DNA of 14,540 nt from the IMG/VR virus record IMGVR_UViG_3300045988_150167. One strand, 5' to 3'. This document shows, piece after piece, positions 14,022-14,540 of the stretch. A program made the translations under genes and the position numbers. Origin of the DNA: a virus. Position 1 is the first letter of the stretch; each line of letters opens with the position of its first letter. Under the pieces are notes generated by a model that was given only the letters and a program-made list of their open reading frames with translations, was not told the origin of the DNA and did no database searches.

Positions 14022-14256
14022 ATTCCATGCTCCTCTCCTGCAATGCAAATATTAACTTCACAACTTGAGAATCCCTTGCAATAATATTCAAATCTTCGAT
14101 AGTTGCGTCACGATATACATGCGGCATCGAGCGAAATTCACCTGTCCACATAGGCATACCGCCTTTCTCTGCACTGTATACGGAAACCAAAATATCGGGG
14201 TTTAGGGTATAGCACATGCGGTAAAAATCCAGTGGTGTGATAACGCGTTTTTTCAT
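14008..14256 (-). CDS. Small hypothetical protein (82 aa), paralogue of 1418-1606
   Basis: ATG 14256 is preceded by the ITR-borne AGGGAG SD; the tracked start 14346 lies inside the ITR. Shares the DFYRxC...P....VY....GEF...P pattern with the 62-aa left-arm protein. Confidence 0.65.
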   Translation of the reverse strand: MKKRVITPLDFYRMCYTLNPDILVSVYSAEKGGMPMWTGEFRSMPHVYRDATIEDLNIIARDSQVVKLIFALQERSMEFGKA

Positions 14257-14540
14257 TTTCAAATTCTCCCTTTCTGTGTCAGTGTGACGTATAGCGATAT
14301 GTACCCTTATGGTACAATTATAGCATAGAACGCCTTGCGGGTACATGTACTATATGCTCATGCAATGGACATTTGTATCATTCTTATAACTAGCAATTGT
14401 TACTATGTACACCGGCACGCACTCCCCTGCCCTGCTTGCAGGTGTACATGCACCATAGACATGTGTTCGCAGGACATGCACAAGCAACTGTACAGAAGTC
14501 TGTAACGGTGGGAACCGGAATATTACAGAATTCTGTACTA
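14257..14540. repeat. Right inverted terminal repeat (ITR-R)
   Basis: Mirror copy of 1-288 (see ITR-L). The last base of the window pairs with the first base. Confidence 0.95.
14317..14325 (-). promoter_or_regulatory. Candidate early promoter (perfect extended -10) inside ITR-R
   Basis: The minus strand reads TGcTATAAT (14325-14317), about 60 nt upstream of ATG 14256. Confidence 0.55.

Noticed and set aside
1-14540. Search for tRNA/rRNA genes, an integrase, a repressor or att-like features indicating a temperate or integrated element
   Set aside because: I found no cloverleaf-like segments and no tyrosine/serine recombinase or HTH repressor-like ORFs. The ITR termini and protein-primed module argue for an obligately linear, non-integrating virus.

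Overview
The window appears to be a complete linear dsDNA genome (14,540 bp) of a very small phi29-like, protein-primed podovirus. The ends are inverted terminal repeats, base-perfect for 222 bp and recognisably homologous for about 288/284 bp. On the left arm (+ strand), an ITR-borne promoter drives small early-type genes: a MazG-like NTP pyrophosphohydrolase, an untracked 56-aa ORF, a short divergent C5-cytosine-methyltransferase-like protein and a 62-aa protein. A near-consensus sigma70/sigA promoter (1603-1631) and a strongly structured ~100-nt leader then precede the structural operon. That operon encodes a YvrJ-like membrane peptide, a 69-aa ORF, a scaffold-like protein with an (AAP)n repeat, the major capsid protein, a gp9-like tail knob, an M23 peptidase, a gp10-like portal/connector, a lower-collar candidate and an 821-aa beta-helix tailspike/pre-neck appendage. 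On the right arm (- strand), the second ITR copy drives an 82-aa paralogue of the 62-aa protein, a terminal-protein candidate and a family-B protein-primed DNA polymerase. These are followed by a separate promoter, a phi29 p5-like SSB, a terminator and, unusually, the gp16-like packaging ATPase. The two blocks converge on a bidirectional terminator at 9733-9767. I saw no tRNA, rRNA, CRISPR, integrase or lysogeny functions. All homology calls come from motif recognition by eye and remembered phi29 sequences; no search or folding program was run.
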